Positions 16,918 to 27,202 of a stretch of 32,000 bases of DNA are shown here, piece after piece. A program made the translations under genes and the position numbers. The first letter of the stretch is position 1; the number at the start of each line of letters is the position of its first letter. The notes under the pieces were generated by a model. That model saw only the letters and a program-made list of their open reading frames with translations, did no database searches and was not told where the DNA came from. Source of the stretch: Candidatus Saccharimonadota bacterium (lineage in GTDB: Bacteria; Pseudomonadota; Gammaproteobacteria; Enterobacterales; Enterobacteriaceae); assembly GCA_049942965.1 (NCBI GenBank), contig CP188088.1, positions 30,001-62,000 on the forward strand, read 5' to 3'.

Positions 16918-18227
16918 ACATGTGAAAAGGATTTTTTTAAAATAGATAAGATAAAAACTTTTGCTATTGTTTCTTATCCCAGTTTAGGAAAGATAAAATA
17001 GTTACTTAAAAATTTTATTATTGGAAAATATAATTTGTTGTTCCAATTTTTAATAAAAAAAAAATTGATAGAGATTTAAAATTTAATTAGATAAAAATTG
17101 AACAAAAAAGAGATATTGCTATTAGCACTTTAGTAATATAATTTTTTTATGGGAAATATGTAATAAATTTGCTAGATATTCCAGGTCAAGAAGATTATTC
17201 TAAAAATACATATTAAATTTTAATTACAGTAGATTTTTATTTTAATAATTATTAATTATTCACAAGTTTTAAAATTTTATACTAAGAAATTAATGAAAGT
17301 AACATTATTAAGTAATGTTTTTATATTAAATTATTTTTAATAAAATAGATACATAAGGAACTAATACAATTTTTTATTAAATAAAATTGAATTGGAATAA
17401 AAATTCTTTTTTTTTAGCAGCACATTACATTTAACTGGTATTTGTTTTATGTTTTATTTTCTAATAAAAAACGTTCCTTTTTTTAAAAAAAAGCAATGTT
17501 TATATTGAATTTGCTAGTGAAAAAATTTTTCTAGATTTATTTTAAAAAAATAAAAAAAATATGAATTTAAGACGTAGAGATGAGTTATTTTTTTAAGACT
17601 TGTATCTGGAATGTACTTTTTAGTTACAAAATTAAAGGAAATTAGAACTGATAAATTTTTTATTTTAAATAACGATTTTTTATTGTTTAGAAAAAGAAAA
17701 AAAATCATAAAATAGTATATTTTAGAATTGTTATTGGAATTTAAAATCATAATTTTATAAAAATAGTAAATATTTTTACTCAAGGATAAAAAAGTAAAAT
17801 GTTAGATGTTTTTAATTTTTTTTTAGAAGATTTTCATTTTGTTTCTTTGAATGATTCAATTAAAAAAATAGTTTTCAAAGAATTTATAGTTCAAGTGTCT
17901 GAAGAAGTATCAATACAAATTTTTAAACTAATGTAAAATAATTGTATAATTTTAAGAATATTTTAAAGGTTACAATTTAACGTAATACTGATCCGATTAT
18001 AAATTGGTTATCAAATAGAAATAGTGTTTTAAACAATTAAACATGGTTTTTATAAGATAGATTTTTTGAAATAGCTTGAAAAAGTTAATTTTAAAAATAA
18101 CAACGTTACATAATTAGCATTTGATGATACAAGTTGTTTAATATATGAAGTAACTAGTTAAAAATAATAATTAATAAAAATCTAGAAATAATTTTTAAAA
18201 AATTTTAGAAAAAAATTTTAACTTTTT
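16918..18227 (+). pseudogene. prfC: decayed peptide chain release factor 3 (prfC) gene
   Basis: The conceptual translation is colinear with E. coli RF3 but carries about 30 in-frame stops. Examples: IKTFAIVSYPSLGKIK* vs RRTFAIISHPDAGKTT; VINLLDIPGQEDYSKNTY*ILITVD vs [44 protein letters not shown]...[13 protein letters not shown] vs [20 protein letters not shown]...[24 protein letters not shown] vs LALDGGDNLAY. There is one frameshift in an A10 run (17055-17064), and about 0.3 kb is missing internally. Confidence 0.85.
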
Positions 18228-18275
18228 AAAATTATTTTTTTAATTAAGAATGATTTATAGTATTGGGAAATTTTT

Positions 18276-19502
18276 ATGAAAAGAGTATTTTTAATTATAT
18301 TAGATTCTTTTGGTATTGGTTCTTGTGGAGATTCTTATAAATTTGGAGACTATGGAGCAAATACATTTGGAAATATAGCTAAAATGTGTTTTTTAGAACA
18401 TGCTAATCATGGTGGAAGATCAGGTGTTCTTTCAATACCTAATTTAATGTCTTTAGGAATAGGTGAAATATTTAAAAAAATTACTGGAAATTATCCTTTT
18501 GGTATATTAAAAACAAATGTAATAAAAGGTTGTTATGCATATTCTTCTTCTGTTTCTAAAGGTAAAGATACTTTCTCTGGTCATTGGGAAATTGTTGGTG
18601 TTCCCATATTTAAAGAATGGTGTTATTTTGACCAAATAAACAATAGTTTTTCTGAATTATTATTAAACGAAATTATTACTAGTAGTAATTTATCTGGGTT
18701 TTTAGGAAACTGTCATGCATCAGGAACAGAAATAATAAAGAAATTAGGAGTTGAACATTTGCTGACAAAAAAACCTATTTTTTATACTTCTTCAGATTCT
18801 GTATTTCAAGTATCTTGTCATGAACAAGAATATGGATTGGATAATCTTTACAATCTTTGTAAAAACATAAGATTTATTTTAGATAAAAATAAAATTAATA
18901 TAGCTAGAGTAATTGCTCGTCCGTTTATAGGAACTAATCCAATAAATTTTAAACGTACTGAAAAAAGAAAAGATTTTTCAATTACTATAAATAAAAAGAC
19001 AGTATTAGAAAAATTAATTCTTGAAAAAGGAGGTTCGGTTTATGCAATTGGAAAGATATCGGACATTTTTTCTGGAGTAGGTATTACTAATTCAACGACG
19101 ACTAAAAATTTATCTGAATCTTTTAGAGAAACTATTAGATCTATAAAATCTTGTAAAAAAAATTCTATTGTTATTGCTAATTTTATAGATTTTGATTCTT
19201 TATGGGGACATAGAAGAGATGTGTCTGGTTATGCAAAAGGTTTGGAGTATTTTGATTATAATTTACCACGTATATTAAATATTTTGAAAAAAAATGATTT
19301 ATTGATAATAACAGCAGATCATGGTTGTGATCCAACTTGGAAAGGGACGGACCATACTCGAGAATATATTCCTATATTGTTTTATAAACAAAACATAGAA
19401 AATAAATTTTTAGGACATAGAAAAACTTTTTCAGATATTTCTCAGACCATATCAAAATATTTTGGAATATCTAAAATGAATTATGGTACTAGCATATTAT
19501 AA
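18276..19502 (+). CDS. deoB: phosphopentomutase
   Basis: MKRVFLIILDSFGIG, FSGHWEI.GVP, IFYTSSDSVFQ, NF.DFDSLWGHRRDV.GYA..LE.FD and ITADHGCDPTW.GTDHTREY.P. The product is 408 aa. Confidence 0.93.
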   Translation: MKRVFLIILDSFGIGSCGDSYKFGDYGANTFGNIAKMCFLEHANHGGRSGVLSIPNLMSLGIGEIFKKITGNYPFGILKTNVIKGCYAYSSSVSKGKDTFSGHWEIVGVPIFKEWCYFDQINNSFSELLLNEIITSSNLSGFLGNCHASGTEIIKKLGVEHLLTKKPIFYTSSDSVFQVSCHEQEYGLDNLYNLCKNIRFILDKNKINIARVIARPFIGTNPINFKRTEKRKDFSITINKKTVLEKLILEKGGSVYAIGKISDIFSGVGITNSTTTKNLSESFRETIRSIKSCKKNSIVIANFIDFDSLWGHRRDVSGYAKGLEYFDYNLPRILNILKKNDLLIITADHGCDPTWKGTDHTREYIPILFYKQNIENKFLGHRKTFSDISQTISKYFGISKMNYGTSIL

Positions 19503-19558
19503 AATTTTTAAAATTAGATTTTAAAATACAAATTGTTTATCATTTTGGAAAATTATAA

Positions 19559-20296
19559 ATGAATACTCCTCACATAATTGCAAAAAAAGATAGTATATCA
19601 AATGTAGTATTGATGTCGGGTGATCCAATTAGAGTAAAGTATATTGCAGAAAGGTATCTAGAAAATTCGGTTTTAGTAAGCAGTGTAAGATCTATGTTAG
19701 TATATACTGGTATTTATAAAAAAAAAAAAATATCAGTAGTAGGACACGGAATAGGGTTGCCTTCTTGTTTGATTTATGTTCAGGAACTAGTAGATGTTTA
19801 TAAAGTTAATAAAATTATTAGGTTGGGTACTTGCGGTGCACTGAGAAACGATATAAATTTATTTGATCCAATAATTGGATTAGGAGCTTGTACAGATTCT
19901 AATGTTAATAGATTGTTATTTGAGAATTATGATTTTTCAGCAATAGCAGATTTTAATTTGGTATTAAATTTAGTTAGATCTGCAAAAAAAATGAATTTGA
20001 AGTTATTTTTAGGAAATATATTTAGTACTGATTTATTTTATTTTTATAAAGATAAGCAAAGAATAGATTTAATGAAAAAAAGAAATATTTTAGGGATAGA
20101 AATGGAAACAGCTGGATTATATGGTTTGTCTTCATTATTAGGTATTAGATCCGTTTCTATTCTCTTAGTTTCAGATCATGTTTTAAAAAAAAAAAAAATT
20201 TCTACTTTAAAGAGAATAGTAAGCTTTGATAAGATAATTTTATTAGCTTTAGATTCAATTTTATTGAATGATAAATATAATCATTTAAATTTCTAA
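19559..20296 (+). CDS. deoD: purine nucleoside phosphorylase DeoD-type
   Basis: TPHI.A, VLMSGDP.R.KYIAE..LE, ISV.GHGIG.PS, IIRLGTCGA, LG.EMETAGLYG and SDH. The product is colinear with E. coli DeoD. The gene holds in-frame A13 (19718-19730) and A14 (20185-20198) tracts. Confidence 0.92.
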   Translation: MNTPHIIAKKDSISNVVLMSGDPIRVKYIAERYLENSVLVSSVRSMLVYTGIYKKKKISVVGHGIGLPSCLIYVQELVDVYKVNKIIRLGTCGALRNDINLFDPIIGLGACTDSNVNRLLFENYDFSAIADFNLVLNLVRSAKKMNLKLFLGNIFSTDLFYFYKDKQRIDLMKKRNILGIEMETAGLYGLSSLLGIRSVSILLVSDHVLKKKKISTLKRIVSFDKIILLALDSILLNDKYNHLNF

Positions 20297-20317
20297 TTAG
20301 AAAATTGATGTCTATTT

Positions 20318-20408
20318 CGGTGAGAAAGGGATTCGAACCCTTGATACGAATTTATTTTCGTATACACGCTTTCCAGGCGTGCTCCTTAATCCTCTCGGAC
20401 ACCTCACC
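20318..20408 (-). tRNA. serW: tRNA-Ser (anticodon GGA)
   Basis: The minus strand reads GGTGAGGTGTCCGAGAGGATTAAGGAGCACGCCTGGAAAGCGTGTATACGAAAATAAATTCGTATCAAGGGTTCGAATCCCTTTCTCACCG. It has the long variable arm of a class II tRNA and the anticodon loop CTGGAAA. It is close to E. coli serW/serX. No CCA is encoded. Confidence 0.92.
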
Positions 20409-20883
20409 TTTTTAAAATAATATAAATATTATTAAATTAATTAAGATTAAAGTTTAATTAGTTTAAAAAGAAATAATTTTGTTAGAAGAAATTTTATTTG
20501 AATTTCAAATTTTTTTTATTAATAAAGTATTATACTTAAATTATAAAAAATATTTCAATAAAAATATATATTTTTTATTATAGATTAATGAATAAATTAA
20601 AAAAAAAATGCTTTTTTTTTAGATCTATTTTAAGAATGTGTTAATATTACAACAAATTGAGTATTTTTTAAATTTATAAATATTTAATTTTATATTTAAT
20701 TTCTTTTAAAATTTTAATAAAAGATTTTCATAACTAATAGACAATAACATAAAAAATGTTTTTGTATAAAAAATTAGATTAATAGTTATTGATTTTATAT
20801 TTTTGTAGGTTTTATTTTTTTTTGATTTTAAAAAATAATTTTTATTAGTCTAGATATCATTCGCGGATTAGATAATCAAATAT

Positions 20884-21414
20884 ATGGCAGAAAAAAGAAA
20901 TATTTTTTTAATTGGACCTATGGGAGCTGGTAAAAGTACTATTGGTCGTTATTTAGCACAACAGTTAAATATGGATTTTTATGATTCTGATCAAGAAATT
21001 GAAAATCGTACAGGAGTTGATATTAGTTGGGTATTTGACTTAGAAGGAGAGGCTGGGTTTCGGGAAAGAGAAAAAAAGATCATTAATGAATTGACAAAAA
21101 AGCAAGGAATTGTACTTGCAACTGGTGGAGGTTCAATTATACAAAAAGAATCTAGAAATTTTCTTTCTGGAAGGGGAATTGTAGTATATTTGAAAACTAG
21201 TATTGAAAAACAACTAGTACGTACTCAAAAAGATAAAAAAAGACCTTTATTGCAAAAAATAAATAGTTCTGATTCTATACAAACTATTTTAGAAAATTTA
21301 GCAATTTCGAGAAATCCATGGTATGAAGAAATTGCAGATATGACGATTAGCACGGATCATAAAAGTGCTAGATCTGTTGCATATTTTATTGTGCAGTCTC
21401 TAGATAAAAAATAA
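20884..21414 (+). CDS. aroK: shikimate kinase I
   Basis: [54 protein letters not shown] and LATGGGS. The gene lies upstream of aroB as in E. coli. Confidence 0.94.
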   Translation: MAEKRNIFLIGPMGAGKSTIGRYLAQQLNMDFYDSDQEIENRTGVDISWVFDLEGEAGFREREKKIINELTKKQGIVLATGGGSIIQKESRNFLSGRGIVVYLKTSIEKQLVRTQKDKKRPLLQKINSSDSIQTILENLAISRNPWYEEIADMTISTDHKSARSVAYFIVQSLDKK

Positions 21415-21459
21415 TCATATTTTATATAGTAAAATATAATAGGTGTAATAGAAATTATT

Positions 21460-22542
21460 GTGGAAAAGATTAACGTAATTTTAAAAAAAAGAACATATCC
21501 AATTGTTATTGGATCTAATTTGTTTGAAACAGATGGGATTTTTTTTCCTTTAAAATCAGGTGAACAAGCTATGCTTGTTACAAATAAAACATTAGCTAAT
21601 TTATGGAAGGACAAAGTTTTATATCAATTAAGAAGATCTGGAATAAAAGTAGATCAAGTAATTTTATCAGATGGTGAACAATATAAAACCATAAATGAAA
21701 TGGAAGTAATAATATCTGCTCTTTTAGAAAACCAACATGGTAGAGATACAACTTTAATAGCTCTTGGTGGAGGAGTTATAGGAGATATAACTGGTTTTTC
21801 TGCTTCTATTTATCAAAGAGGTATTCGTTTTATTCAAATACCAACCACATTTTTGTCTCAAGTAGATGCTTCAGTAGGAGGAAAAACTGGAGTAAATCAT
21901 ATTTTAGGAAAAAATATGATCGGAACATTTTGGCAACCGTCTTCTGTTATTATTAATTTAGATTTTTTGAAAACTTTATCTACTTCAGAGTTAATATCTG
22001 GTTTATCAGAAACTATTAAATATGCAATTATATTTGACAAAACATTTTTTACTTGGATAGAAGAGAATTTACATTCTCTATTGTTATTAAAAGAAAAGGA
22101 AATCACTTATTGTATTAAAAGATGTTGTGAAATTAAATCTCATATTATTTCTTTAGATGAAAGGGAATCGAATATTAGATCTTTATTAAATTTAGGACAT
22201 ACTTATGGGCATGCAATCGAATCTCATTCCGGATATGGAAATTGGTTACATGGAGAAGCTGTGTCTGTTGGAATAGTTATGGCAGCTCGTACTTCTGAAA
22301 TTTTAGGATTATTAAAGAAAGATGATATGAAAAGAATAGTTAATTTGTTAAACAGAGTAGGTTTGCCGACTAAAGGACCTAAAAATATGCCACCTTCTTC
22401 TTATCTTCCATATATTATGAGAGATAAAAAAGTTATTTTAGGTACAGTAAGATTAATTTTGCCTATTGCAATAGGAAAAGCAAAAGTTCAATCAGGAGTT
22501 GATAAAAATATAATTTTATCAGCTATTAAAGATTGTCAATAA
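21460..22542 (+). CDS. aroB: 3-dehydroquinate synthase
   Basis: GTG start. MEKINV......YPI.IGS.LF, LGGGV.GD.TGF.A..YQRG.RFIQ.PTT.LSQVD.SVGGKT.VNH.LGKNMIG.F.QP, LNLGHT.GHAIE and GNWLHGEAV. The product is 360 aa. Confidence 0.94.
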   Translation: MEKINVILKKRTYPIVIGSNLFETDGIFFPLKSGEQAMLVTNKTLANLWKDKVLYQLRRSGIKVDQVILSDGEQYKTINEMEVIISALLENQHGRDTTLIALGGGVIGDITGFSASIYQRGIRFIQIPTTFLSQVDASVGGKTGVNHILGKNMIGTFWQPSSVIINLDFLKTLSTSELISGLSETIKYAIIFDKTFFTWIEENLHSLLLLKEKEITYCIKRCCEIKSHIISLDERESNIRSLLNLGHTYGHAIESHSGYGNWLHGEAVSVGIVMAARTSEILGLLKKDDMKRIVNLLNRVGLPTKGPKNMPPSSYLPYIMRDKKVILGTVRLILPIAIGKAKVQSGVDKNIILSAIKDCQ

Positions 22543-22818
22543 AATCATTTTTTTTAAAAACAAAAAATTAAAATTTTTTAATAATTTTGAAAAAATTTTT
22601 AAGGTATTTTTTAAAAAATAATAAACTTATTAAAATGAAAAGGTGTCAATTTTAACTAAAATTAATATCTATAATTTTTTTCTGTAAACTTTTTATGGCT
22701 CCTTTTCTATAAAACATTTATAGATAAATTATTTTTACATAAATTATTCTTTTTAAATTTAATTATTGAACTAAACAATTTAACTATATTATGTTTTAAA
22801 TTGAGTGAAGAAAAAAAA

Positions 22819-23508
22819 ATGAAAAACTATTTTTTGGCTCCTTCAATTTTGTCTGCTGATTTTATTAAATTAGGAGAAGAAATAAATGAATCGTTGTCTT
22901 CTGGAGGAGACGTCATTCATTTTGATGTTATGGATGGACATTATGTAAAAAATTTAACTTTTGGACCTGATATTTTAAAGTCAATTCGTAATTTTAATAA
23001 AAATGTTCCAATTGATGTACATTTAATGACCTATCCAGTTGATAAATTTATACCTATGTTTGCTAATGCAGGAGCTACCTTCATCACTTTTCATCCTGAA
23101 GCTACTCATCATTTGGATTATACAATAAATTTAATTAAAGGATATGGTTGTAAGGTAGGATTGAGTTTTAATCCGACCACTTCATTACATTACCTTGATT
23201 ATACTTTGGAAAAATTAGATATTGTTCTCTTGATGTCTGTTAATCCTGGTTTTAGTGGACAAAAATTCATACCATTTACTTTAAATAAAATTAATTCTGT
23301 TAGAAAATTAATTGATAAAAAAAGAATGAATGTATTGCTAGCAGTGGATGGTGGTATAAAAATAGATAACATAGGTAAAATTGCTAAATATGGAGCTGAT
23401 TTTTTTATTATTGGATCATCTTTATTTGGTTCTAAGAACTATAAATTAGTTATTGATTCTATGAGAAAAGAATTAAAAAAAATTTCAATTTTTAGCAATA
23501 AAATTTAA
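22819..23508 (+). CDS. rpe: ribulose-phosphate 3-epimerase
   Basis: From ATG 22819 the product reads MKNYFLAPSILSADF, colinear with E. coli MKQYLIAPSILSADF. HFDVMDGHYV.NLT.GP, IDVHLM, ITFHPEA, LLMSVNPGF.GQ.FIP and VDGG.K are present. The ORF-track TTG at 22801 is probably an over-extension. Confidence 0.92.
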   Translation: MKNYFLAPSILSADFIKLGEEINESLSSGGDVIHFDVMDGHYVKNLTFGPDILKSIRNFNKNVPIDVHLMTYPVDKFIPMFANAGATFITFHPEATHHLDYTINLIKGYGCKVGLSFNPTTSLHYLDYTLEKLDIVLLMSVNPGFSGQKFIPFTLNKINSVRKLIDKKRMNVLLAVDGGIKIDNIGKIAKYGADFFIIGSSLFGSKNYKLVIDSMRKELKKISIFSNKI

Positions 23509-23555
23509 TTTTTGAAAATTTTATTTAAAAAAATTTTATATTTATGGAATAAAAG

Positions 23556-24569
23556 ATGAATGCAAAAAAAACTTTGTTTACAGCTATGCAGCCCACTGGA
23601 TTGATGACTTTAGGAAATTATACATCAGTATTATCAAATATTAAAGAAGTTCAAAATGATTATTTTTGTTTTTTTTGTATTGCTGATTTACATGCAATCA
23701 CAATTCGAAATGATCCTGTTAAATTAAAGAAATCAATATTAGATACATTGGCGTTTTATTTAGCTGCAGGTGCAAATCCTGAAAAAAGTACAATTTTTAT
23801 TCAGTCGTCTGTGTACGAACATGTTTATTTAAATTGGATTTTAAATTGTTATTCATATATTGGAGAATTGAATAGAATGGTTCAATTTAAAGAAAAATCT
23901 TTAAAGAACAACAATTGTGTTAATTCCGGATTGTTAAATTATCCAATTTTAATGGCATCAGATGTTTTATTATATAAATCAAATAAAATTTTAGTTGGAG
24001 AAGATCAAAAACAGCATTTAGAACTTATTAACAAGCTTGTTCATCGTTTTAATTCTTTATATGGAAATATATTTATTGCTCCAATTTCTATTAATTTTCA
24101 ATCTAACATAAAAATTATGTCTTTGTTAGATCCAAATAAAAAAATGTCTAAATCAGATATAAATGTAAAAAATACTATCTTTTTGCTAGAAAATAGCGAC
24201 TCCATATTTAAGAAAATTAAAAATTCAGTTACTGATTCTGAACGACCTTCTGCAATTTATTATGATAAATCTAACAAAACGGGAATATCTAATTTATTAA
24301 ATATAATGTCATTATTAACAAAAATTAAAATTAAAGATTTAGAAATGAAATATAAATATGTTACTTATAAGAAATTTAAAGAAGAAGTAGCTGAAATTAT
24401 TATTGAAAAATTGTTTTTATTACAAAAAAGATTTTTTGATTTTAGAAAAAATGAAGATTATTTATATGAGGTTGCTGCTTCTGGAGCTAAAAAAGCAAAA
24501 ATAAAAGCACAAAAAACTATTTCTTTAGTAAATAAATCAATTGGATTATTTAACTACTACTACAATTAG
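23556..24569 (+). CDS. trpS: tryptophan--tRNA ligase
   Basis: QPTG..T.GNY, the HIGH-equivalent DLHAIT, GEL.RM.QFK.KS, VGEDQKQHLEL and the KMSKS motif (KKMSKSD). The product is 337 aa. Confidence 0.94.
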   Translation: MNAKKTLFTAMQPTGLMTLGNYTSVLSNIKEVQNDYFCFFCIADLHAITIRNDPVKLKKSILDTLAFYLAAGANPEKSTIFIQSSVYEHVYLNWILNCYSYIGELNRMVQFKEKSLKNNNCVNSGLLNYPILMASDVLLYKSNKILVGEDQKQHLELINKLVHRFNSLYGNIFIAPISINFQSNIKIMSLLDPNKKMSKSDINVKNTIFLLENSDSIFKKIKNSVTDSERPSAIYYDKSNKTGISNLLNIMSLLTKIKIKDLEMKYKYVTYKKFKEEVAEIIIEKLFLLQKRFFDFRKNEDYLYEVAASGAKKAKIKAQKTISLVNKSIGLFNYYYN

Positions 24570-24624
24570 TAAATTATTAAAAAAAATCGTAATAATAGTT
24601 TTAAAAAATTTTTATTAATCAAAA

Positions 24625-25803
24625 TTAGCTATTTTTTTTATGACAAGTAAAAAAAAATAAAATAATACTAATAATAAAAACAATAAAATATAAAAAATTA
24701 GAAACTAAAAGGGAAATAACAATTCCTTTTTTACTTATGATATATCCAGTAAAAATAAATGTTAACATTGAACCAATTGTACCACATGTTAAGATTAAAC
24801 TAATTATTTTAGTAGATAATTTTTTAATTTGTAATGATGCTAAAGATATTATTATTGTATAAATAGCACTGGAAAAAAAACCTAAAATTATTATTGTACA
24901 TTTCAAAATTATGATTTTTTTAGAGTGAAGAAAACAAAACATTATTATTGTTGAAATTCCTGATAACATAGATAAAATTTTTTGTAAATCAAAAGATTTT
25001 AACAAAAAACTAAAAAACCACATCCCTATCATATAAGACATCCAAAAACTACTAACTAGTTTTCCTGACAGTTTAATAGAATTTAGTTTAATAATTTTAT
25101 GTATATATTCTGGTATCCAAGAAATAAAACTAAGTTGTCCTAATATATATATTGTAGATGAGATTGATAATAGTATTAAACAAATTTTTGTTTTTAGATG
25201 TAAATGTTTTTTTTTTTTTATTTTTTGTTTGATTGTATTTGAAAAAATTGGAAATTTTGTTATTAAACTCAATATAAATATTATTAGATAAATAACATCA
25301 ATAATTATATATATATAATACCATGGTTTTTTCATTGATATTAAAAATGAAGCTATTATTGGAAATAAAGTTCCTGATAAACTAAAAAATGAATCGGTAA
25401 TAAGTAGAACGGAGGCTCTTTTTTGTCCTTGATAAAGATATGTTATTAATAAAGTTCCTATTGACATAGTAATTCCACTGACTATTCCCATAAAAAATAT
25501 ACTGATTGAAAATATGATTAAATTTTTACCATAAATTAAACCTCCTATAGACATAGTCATCAATAAAAATCCTAGTTGTAATTGGTTTTTCATTGGTATT
25601 GTTTTTATCAACCATGCATTTAAAAAAATTGAAATTAAAATTCCAAAGTTTAAAAATGTAAAGATATGACTTATATGTGAAATTGAAATATGAAAACATT
25701 TTGCAATATTTTCCATCATGATTCCTGTAACTGTAATTAAAGCTCCAGTAATTAAATAAGATAAAAAACTGATTCCTGTTAGGTATATTTTGTTATTTGT
25801 CAT
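24625..25803 (-). CDS. tsgA: MFS transporter TsgA
   Basis: ISFLSY.ITGAL..VTG..M.NIA..F......S..FTFLN.GILISIFLNAWL, SGITMSIGT, DSFFS, YILGQL.FISW.PEY, S.FWMSYM.GMW.FSF, FFSSAIYT.II.L and LTCGTIG.MLTF. The product is colinear with E. coli TsgA and has 12 predicted hydrophobic segments. Confidence 0.88.
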   Translation of the reverse strand: MTNNKIYLTGISFLSYLITGALITVTGIMMENIAKCFHISISHISHIFTFLNFGILISIFLNAWLIKTIPMKNQLQLGFLLMTMSIGGLIYGKNLIIFSISIFFMGIVSGITMSIGTLLITYLYQGQKRASVLLITDSFFSLSGTLFPIIASFLISMKKPWYYIYIIIDVIYLIIFILSLITKFPIFSNTIKQKIKKKKHLHLKTKICLILLSISSTIYILGQLSFISWIPEYIHKIIKLNSIKLSGKLVSSFWMSYMIGMWFFSFLLKSFDLQKILSMLSGISTIIMFCFLHSKKIIILKCTIIILGFFSSAIYTIIISLASLQIKKLSTKIISLILTCGTIGSMLTFIFTGYIISKKGIVISLLVSNFLYFIVFIISIILFFFTCHKKNS

Positions 25804-25984
25804 TATTTTCCCGTTAAATAATAAAAAATGTTTAAATCTTTTTTTTAATAGCTGTTTATTTTTAAAACATTTTTTTTAAATACTTTTAAATTTAAATTGA
25901 TTTAATAAATCAAAAAATAAATATTTTTATATTTTTCATATTTTAAATATAACATTTTTGTAGTTTTTAATGATAGGGTGTTTT

Positions 25985-27202
25985 ATGATTGGTAAAGAAA
26001 TAAAAAAAATTGATAAAAAAATATTTAAGAAATTAATTATTCCTTTTTATTCTCCATCTGAAGTTATTCCTGTATATGGTAGAGGAAGTAGGATTTTTGA
26101 CCAGTTAGGAAAAGAATATATTGATTTTTCTAGTGGAATTGGAGTAACTTCGTTAGGTCATTGCAATCCTTTAGTTGAGAAATCTTTAGTATTACAAAGT
26201 AAGAAATTATGGCATGTAAGTAACTTATTTGTTAATGAACCAGCTATCAAACTTGCAAAAAGATTAACGAGTACAACTAATTTTTCTTCTAGAGTTTTTT
26301 TTTCTAATTCAGGTGCTGAATCAAATGAAGTTGCTTTAAAATTAGCTAGATATTATTCAAATAGCATATATGGATGTTACAAAAACAAAATTATTTCTTT
26401 TTTTAACTCTTTTCATGGTAGGACATTTTTTACAGTATGTGTAGGTGGACAACTTAAGTATTCAGATGGATTTGGTCCCAAACCATCTAAGATTTTTCAT
26501 ATTCCATATAATGATATTAAAGCTATTCGATCTGTAATTGATCATAATACTTGTGCAGTCATAGTAGAGCCGATACAAGGAGAAGGCGGGGTTATACCTG
26601 CAAAAATGGATTTTATGCAAGAACTAAGAAATTTATGTAACAAATATCAAGTATTACTAATAGTGGATGAAGTACAAACAGGAATAGGTAGAACTGGAAA
26701 ATTATATTGTTATGAACATTATAATATAGAACCTGATATCATTACATTAGCAAAAGCTTTAGGTTCTGGATTTCCTATTGGTGCCACATTAGTAAATAAA
26801 AAGATTTCTGAAGTAGTAAAAATTGGTATTCACGGAAGTACTTATGGTGGAAACCCATTATCTTGTGCCGTAGCAGAAACATCTTTGAAGATAATTAGTT
26901 CTAAAAAATTTTTATTAAACGTAAGAAAAAAAAATAAAGTTTTTATAAAAGAGTTCTTAAAAATAAATCGAAGAATAAACATATTTAATGGAATTCGAGG
27001 AAAAGGTTTATTATTAGGGATGGATTTAAAAAATCAATATAAAAATAAAATTAATGAAATAATTTTATTATCTGCAAAAGAAGGTCTTTTAATATTAAAA
27101 GCTGGAACAAACGTAATTAGATTATTACCTCCTTTAAATATAAATGATAAAGATATTGAGGAAGGAATGTTTCGTTTATATAAAGTTTTAAAAAATGTCT
27201 AG
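25985..27202 (+). CDS. argD: acetylornithine/succinyldiaminopimelate aminotransferase
   Basis: From ATG 25985 (AGGGTG 5 nt upstream) the N-terminus is colinear with E. coli ArgD (..IPFYSP.E.IPV.G.GSRI.DQ.GKEY.DF). NSGAE.NE.A.KLAR, FH.AFHGR..FTV.VGGQ.KYSDGFGPKP, VEPIQGEGGV, DEVQ.G.GRTG, the PLP-lysine segment AKALG.GFP, and HGSTYGGNPL.CAVA are present. Confidence 0.92.
   Translation: MIGKEIKKIDKKIFKKLIIPFYSPSEVIPVYGRGSRIFDQLGKEYIDFSSGIGVTSLGHCNPLVEKSLVLQSKKLWHVSNLFVNEPAIKLAKRLTSTTNFSSRVFFSNSGAESNEVALKLARYYSNSIYGCYKNKIISFFNSFHGRTFFTVCVGGQLKYSDGFGPKPSKIFHIPYNDIKAIRSVIDHNTCAVIVEPIQGEGGVIPAKMDFMQELRNLCNKYQVLLIVDEVQTGIGRTGKLYCYEHYNIEPDIITLAKALGSGFPIGATLVNKKISEVVKIGIHGSTYGGNPLSCAVAETSLKIISSKKFLLNVRKKNKVFIKEFLKINRRINIFNGIRGKGLLLGMDLKNQYKNKINEIILLSAKEGLLILKAGTNVIRLLPPLNINDKDIEEGMFRLYKVLKNV

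Noticed and set aside
17514-17783. 89-aa minus-strand ORF in the ansA-deoB gap (MSKNIYYFYKIMILNSNNN...)
   Set aside because: It lies antisense to the prfC relic. It is low-complexity (Asn/Lys/Phe/Ile), has no SD and shows no recognisable similarity. In AT-rich DNA this is the expected kind of chance ORF.
20599-20620. A10-TGC-T9 palindrome in the tRNA-Ser-aroK spacer
   Set aside because: It is a pure A:U hairpin of negligible stability. It is most simply two adjacent homopolymer runs.
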